Source: Candidatus Aenigmatarchaeota archaeon
GTDB lineage: Archaea; Aenigmatarchaeota; Aenigmatarchaeia; CG10238-14; SpSt-28
Length of the DNA stretch: 64,000 nt
Assembly (NCBI GenBank): GCA_038733315.1
Contig: JAVYPJ010000001.1
Coordinates: 333,020-397,019, forward strand
Direction: 5' to 3'
A model generated the notes under the pieces. The model made no database searches. It had not been told where the DNA came from and worked only from the letters and a program-made list of their open reading frames with translations. A program made the translations under genes and the position numbers. This document shows, one piece after another, positions 29,683 to 39,310 of the stretch. The stretch's first letter is position 1. Every line of letters begins with the position of its first letter.

Positions 29683-30354
29683 ATGAAACTAATAATTTTT
29701 GGCCCACCTGGAAGCGGTAAGGGAACTTATTCAGCGAAGTTAAAGGAAAAGATAGGAATAGAAAAGATATCTACTGGAGATATTTTAAGGGCAGAAATAA
29801 AAAATCAAAGCGAGCTAGGAAAAAAAGTAGAAAATTATTTAAAGCAAGGATTGTTAGTTCCAGATGAAATCGTTATAGAAATAGTTAAAAAAATTATTGA
29901 TGAAAAAAAGGATAATTTTATTTTGGACGGTTTTCCGAGAACTATAAAACAGGCTGAATGGTTAATAGGTTATACAAAAATAGATGCTGTAATAAAAATT
30001 AATGTGCATGATGAAATTTTAATAGAAAAGATTTCTGCTAGAAGAATTTGTAGTAATCCAAATTGCGATGGAAATTATAATATTGCGAATATAGATAAAT
30101 TAATTGATGGCATTCATTATAAATTACCACCTCTATTACCAAAAAATGATATGGTTTGTGATAAGTGTGGTTCGAAGTTAATTCAAAGAGATGATGATAA
30201 ACCAGAAATAATTAAGGAAAGATTAAAGGTATACTATCAACAAACTAAACCTGTAGAAGATTATTTAAGAAGTAATGGAATAAGGTTTATAGAAGTTTGG
30301 ATGAATAGGGAACCAAGTCTAGTGGTTGAGGAAATATTGGAAAAATTAAAATAG
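29683..30354 (+). CDS. adk: Adenylate kinase (bacterial/long type with Zn lid)
   Basis: GPPGSGKGT, ISTGDILR, ILDGFPR, lid C-x4-C...C-x2-C, QRDDD. Confidence 0.96.
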   Translation: MKLIIFGPPGSGKGTYSAKLKEKIGIEKISTGDILRAEIKNQSELGKKVENYLKQGLLVPDEIVIEIVKKIIDEKKDNFILDGFPRTIKQAEWLIGYTKIDAVIKINVHDEILIEKISARRICSNPNCDGNYNIANIDKLIDGIHYKLPPLLPKNDMVCDKCGSKLIQRDDDKPEIIKERLKVYYQQTKPVEDYLRSNGIRFIEVWMNREPSLVVEEILEKLK

Positions 30355-30369
30355 GATTTTAATTTTAAC

Positions 30370-30930
30370 CTAAAATATATACTTTAAAGATTTTTGAACG
30401 AACTCTTTTAATTCTTCAGAGTTTTTTGGATTAAGATTAACATAAGATTTTAGCAGTTCTTTTAGTTCTGAATGTGGTATTTCTGTAATTTTTGAATTAT
30501 TAAATAATTTTTTTAACATCTCTTTATTTTCTGAAATTTGAAATTGTATAGCTTGTGTAAAAAATTCTATTATGATCTTTAAAATTCCTGTTGCATAGGG
30601 ATCTTTGGATTGTAATAAGAACTCTCTAACATCTTCATTTTCCTCGAGAAGAATGTGGTGGAGTATTTCTTCTTCCATTATTCTACGTAGCTCTTGTTTA
30701 TCAGAAAAAAGATACGTAGGAATAGTTATTTTATGTGAGTAAATGTCATAAGAGGGAAAGAGTTCTTTTAGAGAAGTTTTACACATACTAAAAGATGGGA
30801 TTTTTATAGTTTTTTTTGGAATTTCATACTTTTCAACAACAGTATTATACAAATATTCTGTAAGCTTATTTATTTCTTTTTTATATTTTCTTTCGTCTAA
30901 TACGTGTTTTTTGTATTTTTTATACGACAT
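30370..30930 (-). CDS. Hypothetical protein
   Basis: 186-aa ORF; EEILHH faintly resembles a degenerate zincin motif. Confidence 0.6.
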   Translation of the reverse strand: MSYKKYKKHVLDERKYKKEINKLTEYLYNTVVEKYEIPKKTIKIPSFSMCKTSLKELFPSYDIYSHKITIPTYLFSDKQELRRIMEEEILHHILLEENEDVREFLLQSKDPYATGILKIIIEFFTQAIQFQISENKEMLKKLFNNSKITEIPHSELKELLKSYVNLNPKNSEELKEFVQKSLKYIF

Positions 30931-30939
30931 ATACTTTTT

Positions 30940-31365
30940 TTATTTTTTTAAAAGATAATTTTTTACAAAATTTTTAAACACATTATAAACTTCACCCGGA
31001 TTTATTGCGTAATTTACCCGATTACTATTTAGTTTATTTTTGTCTTCTTTCTTTGTCACTGAGTTGTTGCGGTATAGGGTTAAATAACATACATTTTTAT
31101 TGTTATCTTTGCTAAAAAATACCTCTCCAATTAATGAATCAGAGGTGCGAAATTTTATCTCTAAGTATTTACAGACTTTCCTGTTACTAAAACACTTACA
31201 TCCATCAAGTTTGTCTGGATTTGAAATTTCTTTATTTTCTATGTCTATATTTAGAAGCTCGTAATCTCGATGTTCGGGATGTCTGCATTTAAATTGGATA
31301 GATTTTGAATTGCAAAAAAGTTCCTTCACAATAGTTTTCAGTTCGCTTTTTTCTAACTTTCTCAT
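30940..31365 (-). CDS. Hypothetical protein with Cys/His cluster
   Basis: CRHPEH, CKC-x6-CKY (SWIM-like but lacking the final His). Confidence 0.6.
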   Translation of the reverse strand: MRKLEKSELKTIVKELFCNSKSIQFKCRHPEHRDYELLNIDIENKEISNPDKLDGCKCFSNRKVCKYLEIKFRTSDSLIGEVFFSKDNNKNVCYLTLYRNNSVTKKEDKNKLNSNRVNYAINPGEVYNVFKNFVKNYLLKK

Positions 31366-31496
31366 AATTAATTTTTATAGATTAGAGTTAATATAACTTA
31401 TATTGATTTACATTATTATTAATTAATAATGTTTTTTAATTTTTAATAACCGTAAAATAATACAGATTTGTATAACGGGTTAGAATAATATTTGTC

Positions 31497-31569
31497 TAGC
31501 CCCGCCCGGATTCGAACCGGGGTCTCCGGGTCCAGAGCCCGGCATCCTTGGCCGCTAGACGACGGGGCT
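31497..31569 (-). tRNA. tRNA-Gln(CTG)
   Basis: A1-U72 acceptor AGCCCCG/CGGGGCT; CCGGG-CTCTGGA-CCCGG. Confidence 0.97.
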
Positions 31570-31644
31570 TTCCTATAATATAAAAAGGTTAAGTTACAAA
31601 AAAATTGGTCGTTTTTAATTATAAATTAAAAGAATAGATAAATA

Positions 31645-32634
31645 ATGAGGATTATTGAAAGCAGCTCTTTAAAAGAGGAGCTTGAAAATCTAATAATAAA
31701 ATTAAAAGAGCAAAAATTTAAAAAACTATTTTTTCAAATTCCAGAGGGTCTAAAAAGTAAAATAAACGAAATTAAGTTTATTTTTGAAAAAGAGGGTTTT
31801 GAAACAATTTTTTCGTTAGAGCCTACATATGGTGCTTGTGATATAAAAGATGAGGAGGCAAAAAGACTAGGTTGCGATGCATTAATTCATATAGCTCATG
31901 CTAACTTTGGTGTAAGAGCATCTATTCCAACTTTTTATATTCATTTTATTTTTGAAGTTAATGAGGAGGAAATAAAAGAAATTTTGGAGAAAAATTCTCA
32001 AAATTTTGTTTATAATTCTTATGTTATAGTTTCTAGCTTACAATATATAAAATACGTATATTTTGTAAAAAATTTTTTAGAAAAGTTAAATAAAAAAGTT
32101 TTTATAAAAAAAGTTTTAGAGTATGAAGCTCAAATTCTTGGATGTAATGTGAACGCTGCAAAGGTTAATGAAGCAGAAGCTATAATAGTGATTTCAGAAG
32201 GTTTGTTCTATCCTTTGGGATTAATAATGGAAATAGATAAACCAATAATATACATAGACTTAGAGAAAAAAGAGGTTAAAGATATTAGCGGTTTAAAAGA
32301 AAAATATAATAGAATAATTGCATGGTATTTATCTAAGTTTAGAGATTCGAAAAAAATTGGACTATTAGTTAGCTGGAAAAAAGGTCAAATTTTTTATGAT
32401 GTCTTTAAGATTAAAGAATATTTTGAAAAAATGAACAAAGAAGTTTATATTTTTGCATTCGATGAAATTTCTCCAGAAAAGTTAGAGGGTATCGATGTAG
32501 ATTTTTTAGTTAATTTAGCATGTCCAAGAGTTTTTCCGGATGATTATGAAAGATATAAAATACCTATTTTAAATTATTCTATCATTTTAAAACACTTTTA
32601 TGATGAAAAAAGAAATACAAATAATTCTTTCTAA
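31645..32634 (+). CDS. dph2: Diphthamide biosynthesis enzyme Dph2
   Basis: QIPEGLK, YGACD, QILGC, KKGQ, LACPR (three Fe-S cysteines). Confidence 0.95.
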   Translation: MRIIESSSLKEELENLIIKLKEQKFKKLFFQIPEGLKSKINEIKFIFEKEGFETIFSLEPTYGACDIKDEEAKRLGCDALIHIAHANFGVRASIPTFYIHFIFEVNEEEIKEILEKNSQNFVYNSYVIVSSLQYIKYVYFVKNFLEKLNKKVFIKKVLEYEAQILGCNVNAAKVNEAEAIIVISEGLFYPLGLIMEIDKPIIYIDLEKKEVKDISGLKEKYNRIIAWYLSKFRDSKKIGLLVSWKKGQIFYDVFKIKEYFEKMNKEVYIFAFDEISPEKLEGIDVDFLVNLACPRVFPDDYERYKIPILNYSIILKHFYDEKRNTNNSF

Positions 32635-33235
32635 GCTTAAAAGCTTTGAAAACCCTAAGGTTGAGCTAGAACAATATGAAACGCCATGTGATTTAATAAG
32701 CAAAATAGTTAGCGAGCTAAATCTTATGAGTTTGATTAAAGATAAAGAAATTTTAGAAGTTGCATGTGGAACGGCAAAATTCTCTATAGCTGCTTCTTTT
32801 TATAAACCTAAAAAAATAATAGCATTAGATAAAGATAAAGATGCTATAAGAGTAGCAAAGTATAATTATAGCATTATTAAAGAAAAATTTGACGTTTCAA
32901 TTATAAAATTTTTAATTGCAGATGTTAAAGAAATACATTTTAAGAAAAAATTTGATTTAATTATTATGAATCCCCCTTTCGGGATTCAAGGAAAAGTAAA
33001 AGATATCGATTTCTTAAGATTTGCTTTTAATTTTTCAAATTTTGTAGTTTCAATAAATCCGAATGGAAGGAATATAAAATTTTTTAAAAATATTGCACAA
33101 AAACATAACTTTAAACTTTTGAAGTTCGAAAAATATATGTTTCCTATTAAAAAAATTTTCGATTTTCATAGAAAAAAGGAAAAGAAAATAGAAACTCTAA
33201 TTTTATATTTTTGCTCAAGTTTTTATGGAATATAG
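32600..33235 (+). CDS. METTL5/COG2263-like RNA methyltransferase
   Basis: LEQYETP, ACGT, MNPPFG, FHRK. Confidence 0.9.
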   Translation: MMKKEIQIILSKLKSFENPKVELEQYETPCDLISKIVSELNLMSLIKDKEILEVACGTAKFSIAASFYKPKKIIALDKDKDAIRVAKYNYSIIKEKFDVSIIKFLIADVKEIHFKKKFDLIIMNPPFGIQGKVKDIDFLRFAFNFSNFVVSINPNGRNIKFFKNIAQKHNFKLLKFEKYMFPIKKIFDFHRKKEKKIETLILYFCSSFYGI

Positions 33236-33788
33236 ATATAAGTTTAATAAAAAAGAAGCTGAAATAGAGAAAGATATAAAAGAGGCAGAAAACCTTTTAT
33301 ACGAAGCTATAGAGATAGCAACTGAAATGATTAATATTATTACAAATTTTAAATATAACTTAGATAAAAAATGGCTAAATAGAATAGATTCTTTTTCGAA
33401 TCATAAAGATATATATAATGGTTTGAAAAAATCAAAAGAATATTTGGACGCACTAGATAGACATTTAGCAGAAAAATTAAAAAGAATTAAGAATCTAAAT
33501 ATTTATGAAATTTTTAATTCTGGATTGTCTCAGAGAGAGGAAAGAGAGAAAAGAATGAAAATAACGAATATAAGGGATTATCTTTTGTCTACTAAAAAAA
33601 TTTTGGACGAAAGTATTTCTGATATGGATAAAGCTGAAAGAGATCTAAATAACGAAAATTTTAAGAAGGCATCAATATATATAAATTTTGTAGTAGGTGC
33701 GTTAGAAGTAGCTAGTGAATATATCAATATTAAGTTGGATAGAAATTTAAAAGAGTTGAAGAGAAAGCTAAAATTAGGAAAAATGTAA
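33225..33788 (+). CDS. Hypothetical helical/coiled-coil protein
   Basis: 187-aa charged helical ORF. Confidence 0.65.
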   Translation: MEYRYKFNKKEAEIEKDIKEAENLLYEAIEIATEMINIITNFKYNLDKKWLNRIDSFSNHKDIYNGLKKSKEYLDALDRHLAEKLKRIKNLNIYEIFNSGLSQREEREKRMKITNIRDYLLSTKKILDESISDMDKAERDLNNENFKKASIYINFVVGALEVASEYINIKLDRNLKELKRKLKLGKM

Positions 33789-33796
33789 ATTAAATT

Positions 33797-34378
33797 TTAT
33801 ATGGAGTTTAATTGTTTTTTATAAAAATTAAAAGCATTTTTAGAAACGTATGGATTATCTTTAATAAAAAATCTTAAATTTTTTTCTAAATCTCTTTTAA
33901 CTCCTATTCTTTTAGAAGAGTATATTTCAAATTTGTTTATAGAGTTGTTTTCAGCAACGTATAGTGGACCTTTTTTATAAACCTTAATACCATTTAAACT
34001 TTTATCTATTTTTAATGCTTTAGTTAATTTTCCTGGACCATCTGTTTTTTCAGTTATATTTTTAATAGGTTCTACAGCCCTTATTAGAACAGCGCCAGCT
34101 TCACTTTTTTTATGTGCAACAATATTTAATAGCCAGTTTGAATGAACCATATATATAAGAGATAAGCCGATATCTCCATATAGAGCTTCAACAACATACT
34201 TCGGAAATCCTAAATAAGCTCTTGAGGCTGGATCTTCTTTTCCGTAATATGCTTCTACTTCAACAATTTTACATATAATTTTTTTATTTTCTATTTCTCT
34301 GATTAAATATTTTCCGAGTAGATTTATTGCTACTTCTTTTGTATCCCTTTCATAGAAGCTTTTCTTTAATATTTTCAT
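33797..34378 (-). CDS. mpg: 3-methyladenine DNA glycosylase (MPG/AAG family)
   Basis: IVEVEAY, DPAS, AVLIRAVEP, GPGKL, RIGV. Confidence 0.95.
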   Translation of the reverse strand: MKILKKSFYERDTKEVAINLLGKYLIREIENKKIICKIVEVEAYYGKEDPASRAYLGFPKYVVEALYGDIGLSLIYMVHSNWLLNIVAHKKSEAGAVLIRAVEPIKNITEKTDGPGKLTKALKIDKSLNGIKVYKKGPLYVAENNSINKFEIYSSKRIGVKRDLEKNLRFFIKDNPYVSKNAFNFYKKQLNSI

Positions 34379-34381
34379 TTT

Positions 34382-34903
34382 CTAACAAATTTTTTCTCCA
34401 GCAGATAACATTAAATCTTTTTTAATGTAAATTGGTGAGTTTAATCTTAGGGCCATTGCTATTCCATCACTAGGTCTAATATCTATTTCTCTTATTTTAT
34501 TTCCCTGCATAACAAAGGCTTTTGCGATATAAGCATTGTTTTTAATTTCTTCTATTCTAACGTCTATTAGTCTAATATTAAATTCATTAAATACATCTGA
34601 AGCAAAATCGTGAGTATTTGGTCTAAATTCTCTAATTTTTTGCAAAGCATTATTAATAGATCTTACTTGGACATCTTCAACAAATCCAACGAGCTTATAA
34701 CAATTTGAATATAGAATTATTGTCGGCGGTTCAAGAGTAGTTTCTACACTTTCAACTTTAAAATAGTTTTCTGTAGATAGTTGAGGAATAGATGTTATTA
34801 GATTTGATATATCTTTAAATTCTTCTCTTTGCCATATAGATAGAGTTAAAGCTATTATAGATATTAATAGAGCAATTATTACAGTTAAAAGACTTTTTTC
34901 CAT
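34382..34903 (-). CDS. Bifunctional nuclease (DUF151/BFN) with N-terminal TM anchor
   Basis: RPNTHD, IDIRPSDGIAMALR...PIYI. Confidence 0.88.
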   Translation of the reverse strand: MEKSLLTVIIALLISIIALTLSIWQREEFKDISNLITSIPQLSTENYFKVESVETTLEPPTIILYSNCYKLVGFVEDVQVRSINNALQKIREFRPNTHDFASDVFNEFNIRLIDVRIEEIKNNAYIAKAFVMQGNKIREIDIRPSDGIAMALRLNSPIYIKKDLMLSAGEKIC

Positions 34904-34917
34904 ACTATTTTTAAAGT

Positions 34918-36000
34918 TTAAAAATACTTTAAGTATTCTAAAATTCTTTTATCTTTTTTCAATCCTACGAAATCTTCTAGAACCTCTCTTTTTAATATAT
35001 CAAAACATTCTTGGAGAACCTCTAAAAACTCTCGCCTTTCTCTTTTAACGTGGAAATAATTCCTATAATCGCTAAAAGTTATGTGTATGCTGTAAATGTC
35101 TTTACTTTTTTCTATATGAATTTTTAAGAATCCTTGCTTAAAATGTTTTTTAGCTCTTTTTATAAAATTCTTAATGTAAGATTCTAAATGCTCTAAATAA
35201 TAGCTTTTGACGTTTTCTTTTCCTATTAATATAACATTTATTTTTTCTAAAGTTTCCTCTACTAACGGTTTTATTAAATCTTTCTTTGTTATTATTCCTA
35301 ATAAATTTTCTTTAACTAGGCATGAAATTTTGTAGTTGAGTAGTTTCTTTATTACGTATGAAATCTTTTCGTTGTTTGAATATGTTATTACGTTTTTAGA
35401 AGCTATTGAAGTTATTGGGTTTTCAAATATTTTATATTTTTTTCCAATAAGCTCTCCAAGAGTTTCTCTATTCTTAGATTCTCTAATAAGAAAGTCTGTA
35501 ACATCTTTTGAAGATACAATTCCAACTATTTTTCCATTTTCGACTATCGGAATATGGGAAATATTATATTTTGCCATTAGTTTAATCACTTTAAATATCG
35601 TTTCATTCGGGTTTACTAAAACAATATTTTTAGTTTCTATTTCTTCAACCTTCAGATTTCCAAACCTTTCTTTAACTTTTTCTAGTAAAGAATCTATATG
35701 TATCATACCAATAACTTTATCGCTCTTATCTAAATATGCTGCTATGTAACAATCGTTTTCTAACATTCTTCTAGAAATTTCACTTTCATTAATTTCATAA
35801 ACTTTACAATCTCTTTTTCTTATGTTTTTTATTTTTTCGTTTAAATTTTTTTCTGTTATAATATCTCTTAATTTTATAATACCTTTATATTCGTTTTTGT
35901 TATTTACAACAATTATTTCTCTTATGTTGTTTTCATTCATTAATTTAATAGCATTTTTTAATGTTTCGTTTTCTTCTATTGTTATTGGTTTTGTAATCAT
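34918..36000 (-). CDS. Four-CBS-domain protein with probable C-terminal HPF/RaiA-like domain
   Basis: CBS motifs (KGII, IGMI, PIV..GKIVGIVS, LGIIT) then a ~100-aa beta-alpha-beta-beta-beta-alpha pattern. Confidence 0.8.
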   Translation of the reverse strand: MITKPITIEENETLKNAIKLMNENNIREIIVVNNKNEYKGIIKLRDIITEKNLNEKIKNIRKRDCKVYEINESEISRRMLENDCYIAAYLDKSDKVIGMIHIDSLLEKVKERFGNLKVEEIETKNIVLVNPNETIFKVIKLMAKYNISHIPIVENGKIVGIVSSKDVTDFLIRESKNRETLGELIGKKYKIFENPITSIASKNVITYSNNEKISYVIKKLLNYKISCLVKENLLGIITKKDLIKPLVEETLEKINVILIGKENVKSYYLEHLESYIKNFIKRAKKHFKQGFLKIHIEKSKDIYSIHITFSDYRNYFHVKRERREFLEVLQECFDILKREVLEDFVGLKKDKRILEYLKYF

Positions 36001-36122
36001 CTTGCTTGAACTCTTTTGATTTTTTGTGGTCTTATTTTTTCGAAAATTCTATATCCGCAGTTTAAGCAAATTATTCTATCAATTTTTTCATAAATTTTTT
36101 TACATCTTACGCATCTATACAT
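35997..36122 (-). CDS. rpo12: RNA polymerase subunit Rpo12 (P)
   Basis: Manually translated MYRCVRCKKIYEKIDRIICLNCGYRIFEKIRPQKIKRVQAR; follows rpl37ae as usual in archaea. Confidence 0.95.
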   Translation of the reverse strand: MYRCVRCKKIYEKIDRIICLNCGYRIFEKIRPQKIKRVQAR

Positions 36123-36126
36123 GTTT

Positions 36127-36351
36127 TTACTTGACCTTTACGCCAGGTGGAAAGTATGCTGAGGAAGCTACTTTTGTATTACATTTTTTACATTGCCATA
36201 TTCCAGTAGAAACTCTTTTTAACTTTTTAAACCCACATTTTGGGCAAACATGCTTAGATTTTTGAATAAGCTCGATTTTATCTATCTTTTCTCTTAGGGT
36301 CATTCCGTATCTTGCTCCAAATCTTCCACTTGAACCAACCCTTCTTACCAT
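36127..36351 (-). CDS. rpl37ae: 50S ribosomal protein eL43 (L37ae)
   Basis: GRFGARYG..LR, CPKC, R.STGIWQC..C. Confidence 0.97.
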   Translation of the reverse strand: MVRRVGSSGRFGARYGMTLREKIDKIELIQKSKHVCPKCGFKKLKRVSTGIWQCKKCNTKVASSAYFPPGVKVK

Positions 36352-36459
36352 AGAGAATATTATCTTAATTAAAAAATTAATATACTTTTCGATTATTTAG
36401 TTTATCTCATTTTTACTATTTTCTGGAATTTTAATGCTAAGTAAAATAAATGTTGTATA

Positions 36460-36578
36460 TGCGGGGGGTGGGATTTGAACCCACGACGGCTCTACGCCAT
36501 CGGGTTTCTTATCATTTATTCAAAGCTTAAGATTTTATCTTAAGCCCGACGCCCTTGACCAGGCTAGGCGACCCCCGC
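36460..36578 (-). tRNA. tRNA-Leu(TAA) with 33-nt intron at 37/38 (36506-36538)
   Basis: TCGGG-CTTAAG/intron/A-CCCGA; long variable arm; A73. Confidence 0.95.
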
Positions 36579-36628
36579 TTATAATTTAAATTACATCAAA
36601 TTAATTTAAATTAATCTCTCTATTAATT

Positions 36629-38038
36629 TTAGGCTTGATCTTGAATATACTTTTCTCCTTTTCTTAATTTTTCAAAAGCTTTTGTAATTTCTTTTCCTAA
36701 ATATAAAGCATGATCATATAAACTAAAAAAACTTCCACCCTTTAAGGAATTGTATATTTCCCAAAAATCCTTACTTTCGATTTTAAAATCTATTAAAGAA
36801 TTATCTGGGGTTCTATGTTCTAAAACTATTTTATCATTCTCTTGATAAATTAAAAATAGACCTTTTGGATCTTCTACAAATTCTTTCATTTTAAATGAAT
36901 ATTTATTCAATATTTCTCTTACTAAATTCCAATCGTGCTGATAAATATGTGCACTTGTAGAAATTGTTGTTATTGTTTCGATTTCAAAATTCGATTTAGT
37001 TTCTTTATTTATTTCATTAACAATATATTCTGCTAATTTTATTTGAGCAACAATATTTATTGGCCATCCTTTGACCATATCATTACTTCTAATCCAAACA
37101 GTATGATTATAATAATTTTCTGTTATTATTCCTTGAATACCTATTATGCATGGTGGATTTGGGGAATTTTGATCTATTAAATGATCCCATGAAACAATTA
37201 AAGCTCTTCTTGAATAAGGAGCTTTAGATAATTTGTCAATTAAATATTTAACTTGATTTTTTCCAAATCTATGTTCAAAGATTCTTTCTCCATATGTATA
37301 TTCTACACTTTCTAATTTTTTTGGATATAAAACTTCATTAATATGCCTTTCAAAATCTTCTCTTTTCAAAAATTCAAAAAATTCTTCTTCAATTTTATAT
37401 TCTTTACCATATAGACCTATAGTAATCATTAAATTTAAAAATTCTTTTTGTGGTTCTTCATATTCTGAAAATTTTATACTTCCAAATTTCATTATTAAAT
37501 CTAAAATTTTTATCCATGCTCTAAAAATGCTTGTATCGTATATATAGCTACCGCTTAATGGAATTGGCCAAGAAGCTAATTCTACTTTTTCTTCAATTGT
37601 TATATCGATTTTTTCTCTAACTTCTTTTGCATTTGTTTTAAAATTTTTTTCTATTTCTTCTTCAAGTTTTTTAATATTATTTCTTTTAAATTCTTCTCTT
37701 AAATCAATAATTTTAACTGTATTCAAAACATTTTCAATTTTATTTATTGGAAAAATTATTTTATAATCTTTAAAATTTTTGTTTTTAAAAACATCGATTA
37801 AAGCTTTTCCACTTAGAGATAAATCAGCACCATAGATTATTAAAGTATCTATTTTTGGAAATTGTGCTAACGTTTCCAAAATAAAATTAATTCCATAAGT
37901 TGTATAAGTAGTTCCAATAATTCCAATTTTACTTCTTATTTTCTCTTGTAGTTGATTTAAAATTATTTCTTTTTTTGACCATAGAGTTGATATAGCAATA
38001 TTACTATTTTCATTTAAGATTATTATATCTTTTTTCAT
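36629..38038 (-). CDS. thyA: Thymidylate synthase (ThyA-type) with MtrA-like N-terminal and DUF4346-like C-terminal domains
   Basis: YTYGER, SRRA, PPC, RSND...GWP.N, SAHIY; N-terminal ISTLWS/GINFIL; C-terminal DPKG...HALYLGKE...YIQD. Confidence 0.85.
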   Translation of the reverse strand: MKKDIIILNENSNIAISTLWSKKEIILNQLQEKIRSKIGIIGTTYTTYGINFILETLAQFPKIDTLIIYGADLSLSGKALIDVFKNKNFKDYKIIFPINKIENVLNTVKIIDLREEFKRNNIKKLEEEIEKNFKTNAKEVREKIDITIEEKVELASWPIPLSGSYIYDTSIFRAWIKILDLIMKFGSIKFSEYEEPQKEFLNLMITIGLYGKEYKIEEEFFEFLKREDFERHINEVLYPKKLESVEYTYGERIFEHRFGKNQVKYLIDKLSKAPYSRRALIVSWDHLIDQNSPNPPCIIGIQGIITENYYNHTVWIRSNDMVKGWPINIVAQIKLAEYIVNEINKETKSNFEIETITTISTSAHIYQHDWNLVREILNKYSFKMKEFVEDPKGLFLIYQENDKIVLEHRTPDNSLIDFKIESKDFWEIYNSLKGGSFFSLYDHALYLGKEITKAFEKLRKGEKYIQDQA

Positions 38039-38074
38039 ATGTTTTTATTTGTTTGAATTAATAAATAGTTATAA

Positions 38075-39226
38075 ATGATTGAAATTGCGTTAGTTGGAAA
38101 GCCAAATTCTGGAAAATCTACATTTTTTAAAGCAGCAACTCTAATGGATGTTAAAATTTCAAATATTCCTTTTACAACATTAAAACCAAACAGAGGAATT
38201 GCTTATGTATCAACTCAATGTGTTTGTAAAGAATTTAATGTTAAATGCAATCCTCAAGATGGATTTTGCATAGATGGATTAAGATTTATTCCAATAATTC
38301 TTTGGGATGTCCCGGGATTAATTCCAGAGGCTCATAAGGGAAAAGGATTAGGAATAGAATTTTTATCGGCTATAAATCATGTAGATGGAATTGTTTATAT
38401 TATAGATATTAGTGGGAAAACTGATTTAGAAGGAAAAGAAATAGAATTTTCAAGTCCAATAGAAGAGGTAAAATTTCTTTTAAATGAATTAATTCAATGG
38501 TATAAACAAAATATTCAAAAGCACATTCCGAAATATTATAAAAATGAAAAAGAATTAATAGATATTTTATCTCAAAAACTTAGCGGGTTAAAAATAAAAA
38601 GAGAGCAAATAGAAAAACATATTGATAAAATAAACGATTTGGAAAGTTTCTCTAAGGCATTACTATTCGAAAGCAAAAAAATGATTATTGCTGCGAATAA
38701 AATTGATGAGGAAAAATCTGAAAAAAATTTAAAAGAATTAAAAGAATTTTTAGAAAAAGAAAGTATTAATATAAAGATTGTTGCTTCTAGCGCTTTAAGT
38801 GAATTAATTTTAAGAACCTTAAGTCAAAAAGGGATAATAGAGTATAATTTCAAAAGTTTTGAAATTTTAAGGAAAAATGAATTAACTAGCGAACAAATAA
38901 ATGCACTAGAAAGAATTAAAGAATTATTAGAAAAATATAATGGAAGTTTTATATTGAATGTTTTAAATGCTTTAGTTTTTGATGTTATGCAATATAAAGT
39001 TGTTTTTCCTGTTGAAAATGAAAATAAATTAAGCGATAAAAAAGGAAATATTTTACCAAATGCAATTTTATTGGAAAAGGATGCAAAAACAATAGATTTA
39101 GCTGAAAAAATTCATTCTGAAATAGCTAAAAATTTTTTATATGCAATTGAAATTAAAAGCAGAAAAAGAATAGGTAAAGATTATATTTTAAATCATAGAG
39201 ATGTAATAAAGATATATCACGCATAA
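38075..39226 (+). CDS. YchF/OLA1-like (Ygr210 subfamily) OBG GTPase with TGS domain
   Basis: GKPNSGKST, PFTT, DVPGL, ANKID, DLAEKIHS. Confidence 0.92.
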   Translation: MIEIALVGKPNSGKSTFFKAATLMDVKISNIPFTTLKPNRGIAYVSTQCVCKEFNVKCNPQDGFCIDGLRFIPIILWDVPGLIPEAHKGKGLGIEFLSAINHVDGIVYIIDISGKTDLEGKEIEFSSPIEEVKFLLNELIQWYKQNIQKHIPKYYKNEKELIDILSQKLSGLKIKREQIEKHIDKINDLESFSKALLFESKKMIIAANKIDEEKSEKNLKELKEFLEKESINIKIVASSALSELILRTLSQKGIIEYNFKSFEILRKNELTSEQINALERIKELLEKYNGSFILNVLNALVFDVMQYKVVFPVENENKLSDKKGNILPNAILLEKDAKTIDLAEKIHSEIAKNFLYAIEIKSRKRIGKDYILNHRDVIKIYHA

Positions 39227-39275
39227 TCAGAAGTACTCCTTTTCATCATTTTTCAGATGCGGCGGTATTCTTCAT
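39227..39275 (-). ncRNA. Box C/D guide sRNA
   Basis: ATGAAGA-ATACCGCCGCAT-CTGA-AAA-ATGATGA-AAAGGAGTACTT-CTGA; two 12-nt guides. Confidence 0.92.
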
Positions 39276-39310
39276 AAAAATTAAATTTTAACAAATTTCA
39301 AATTTATTAT

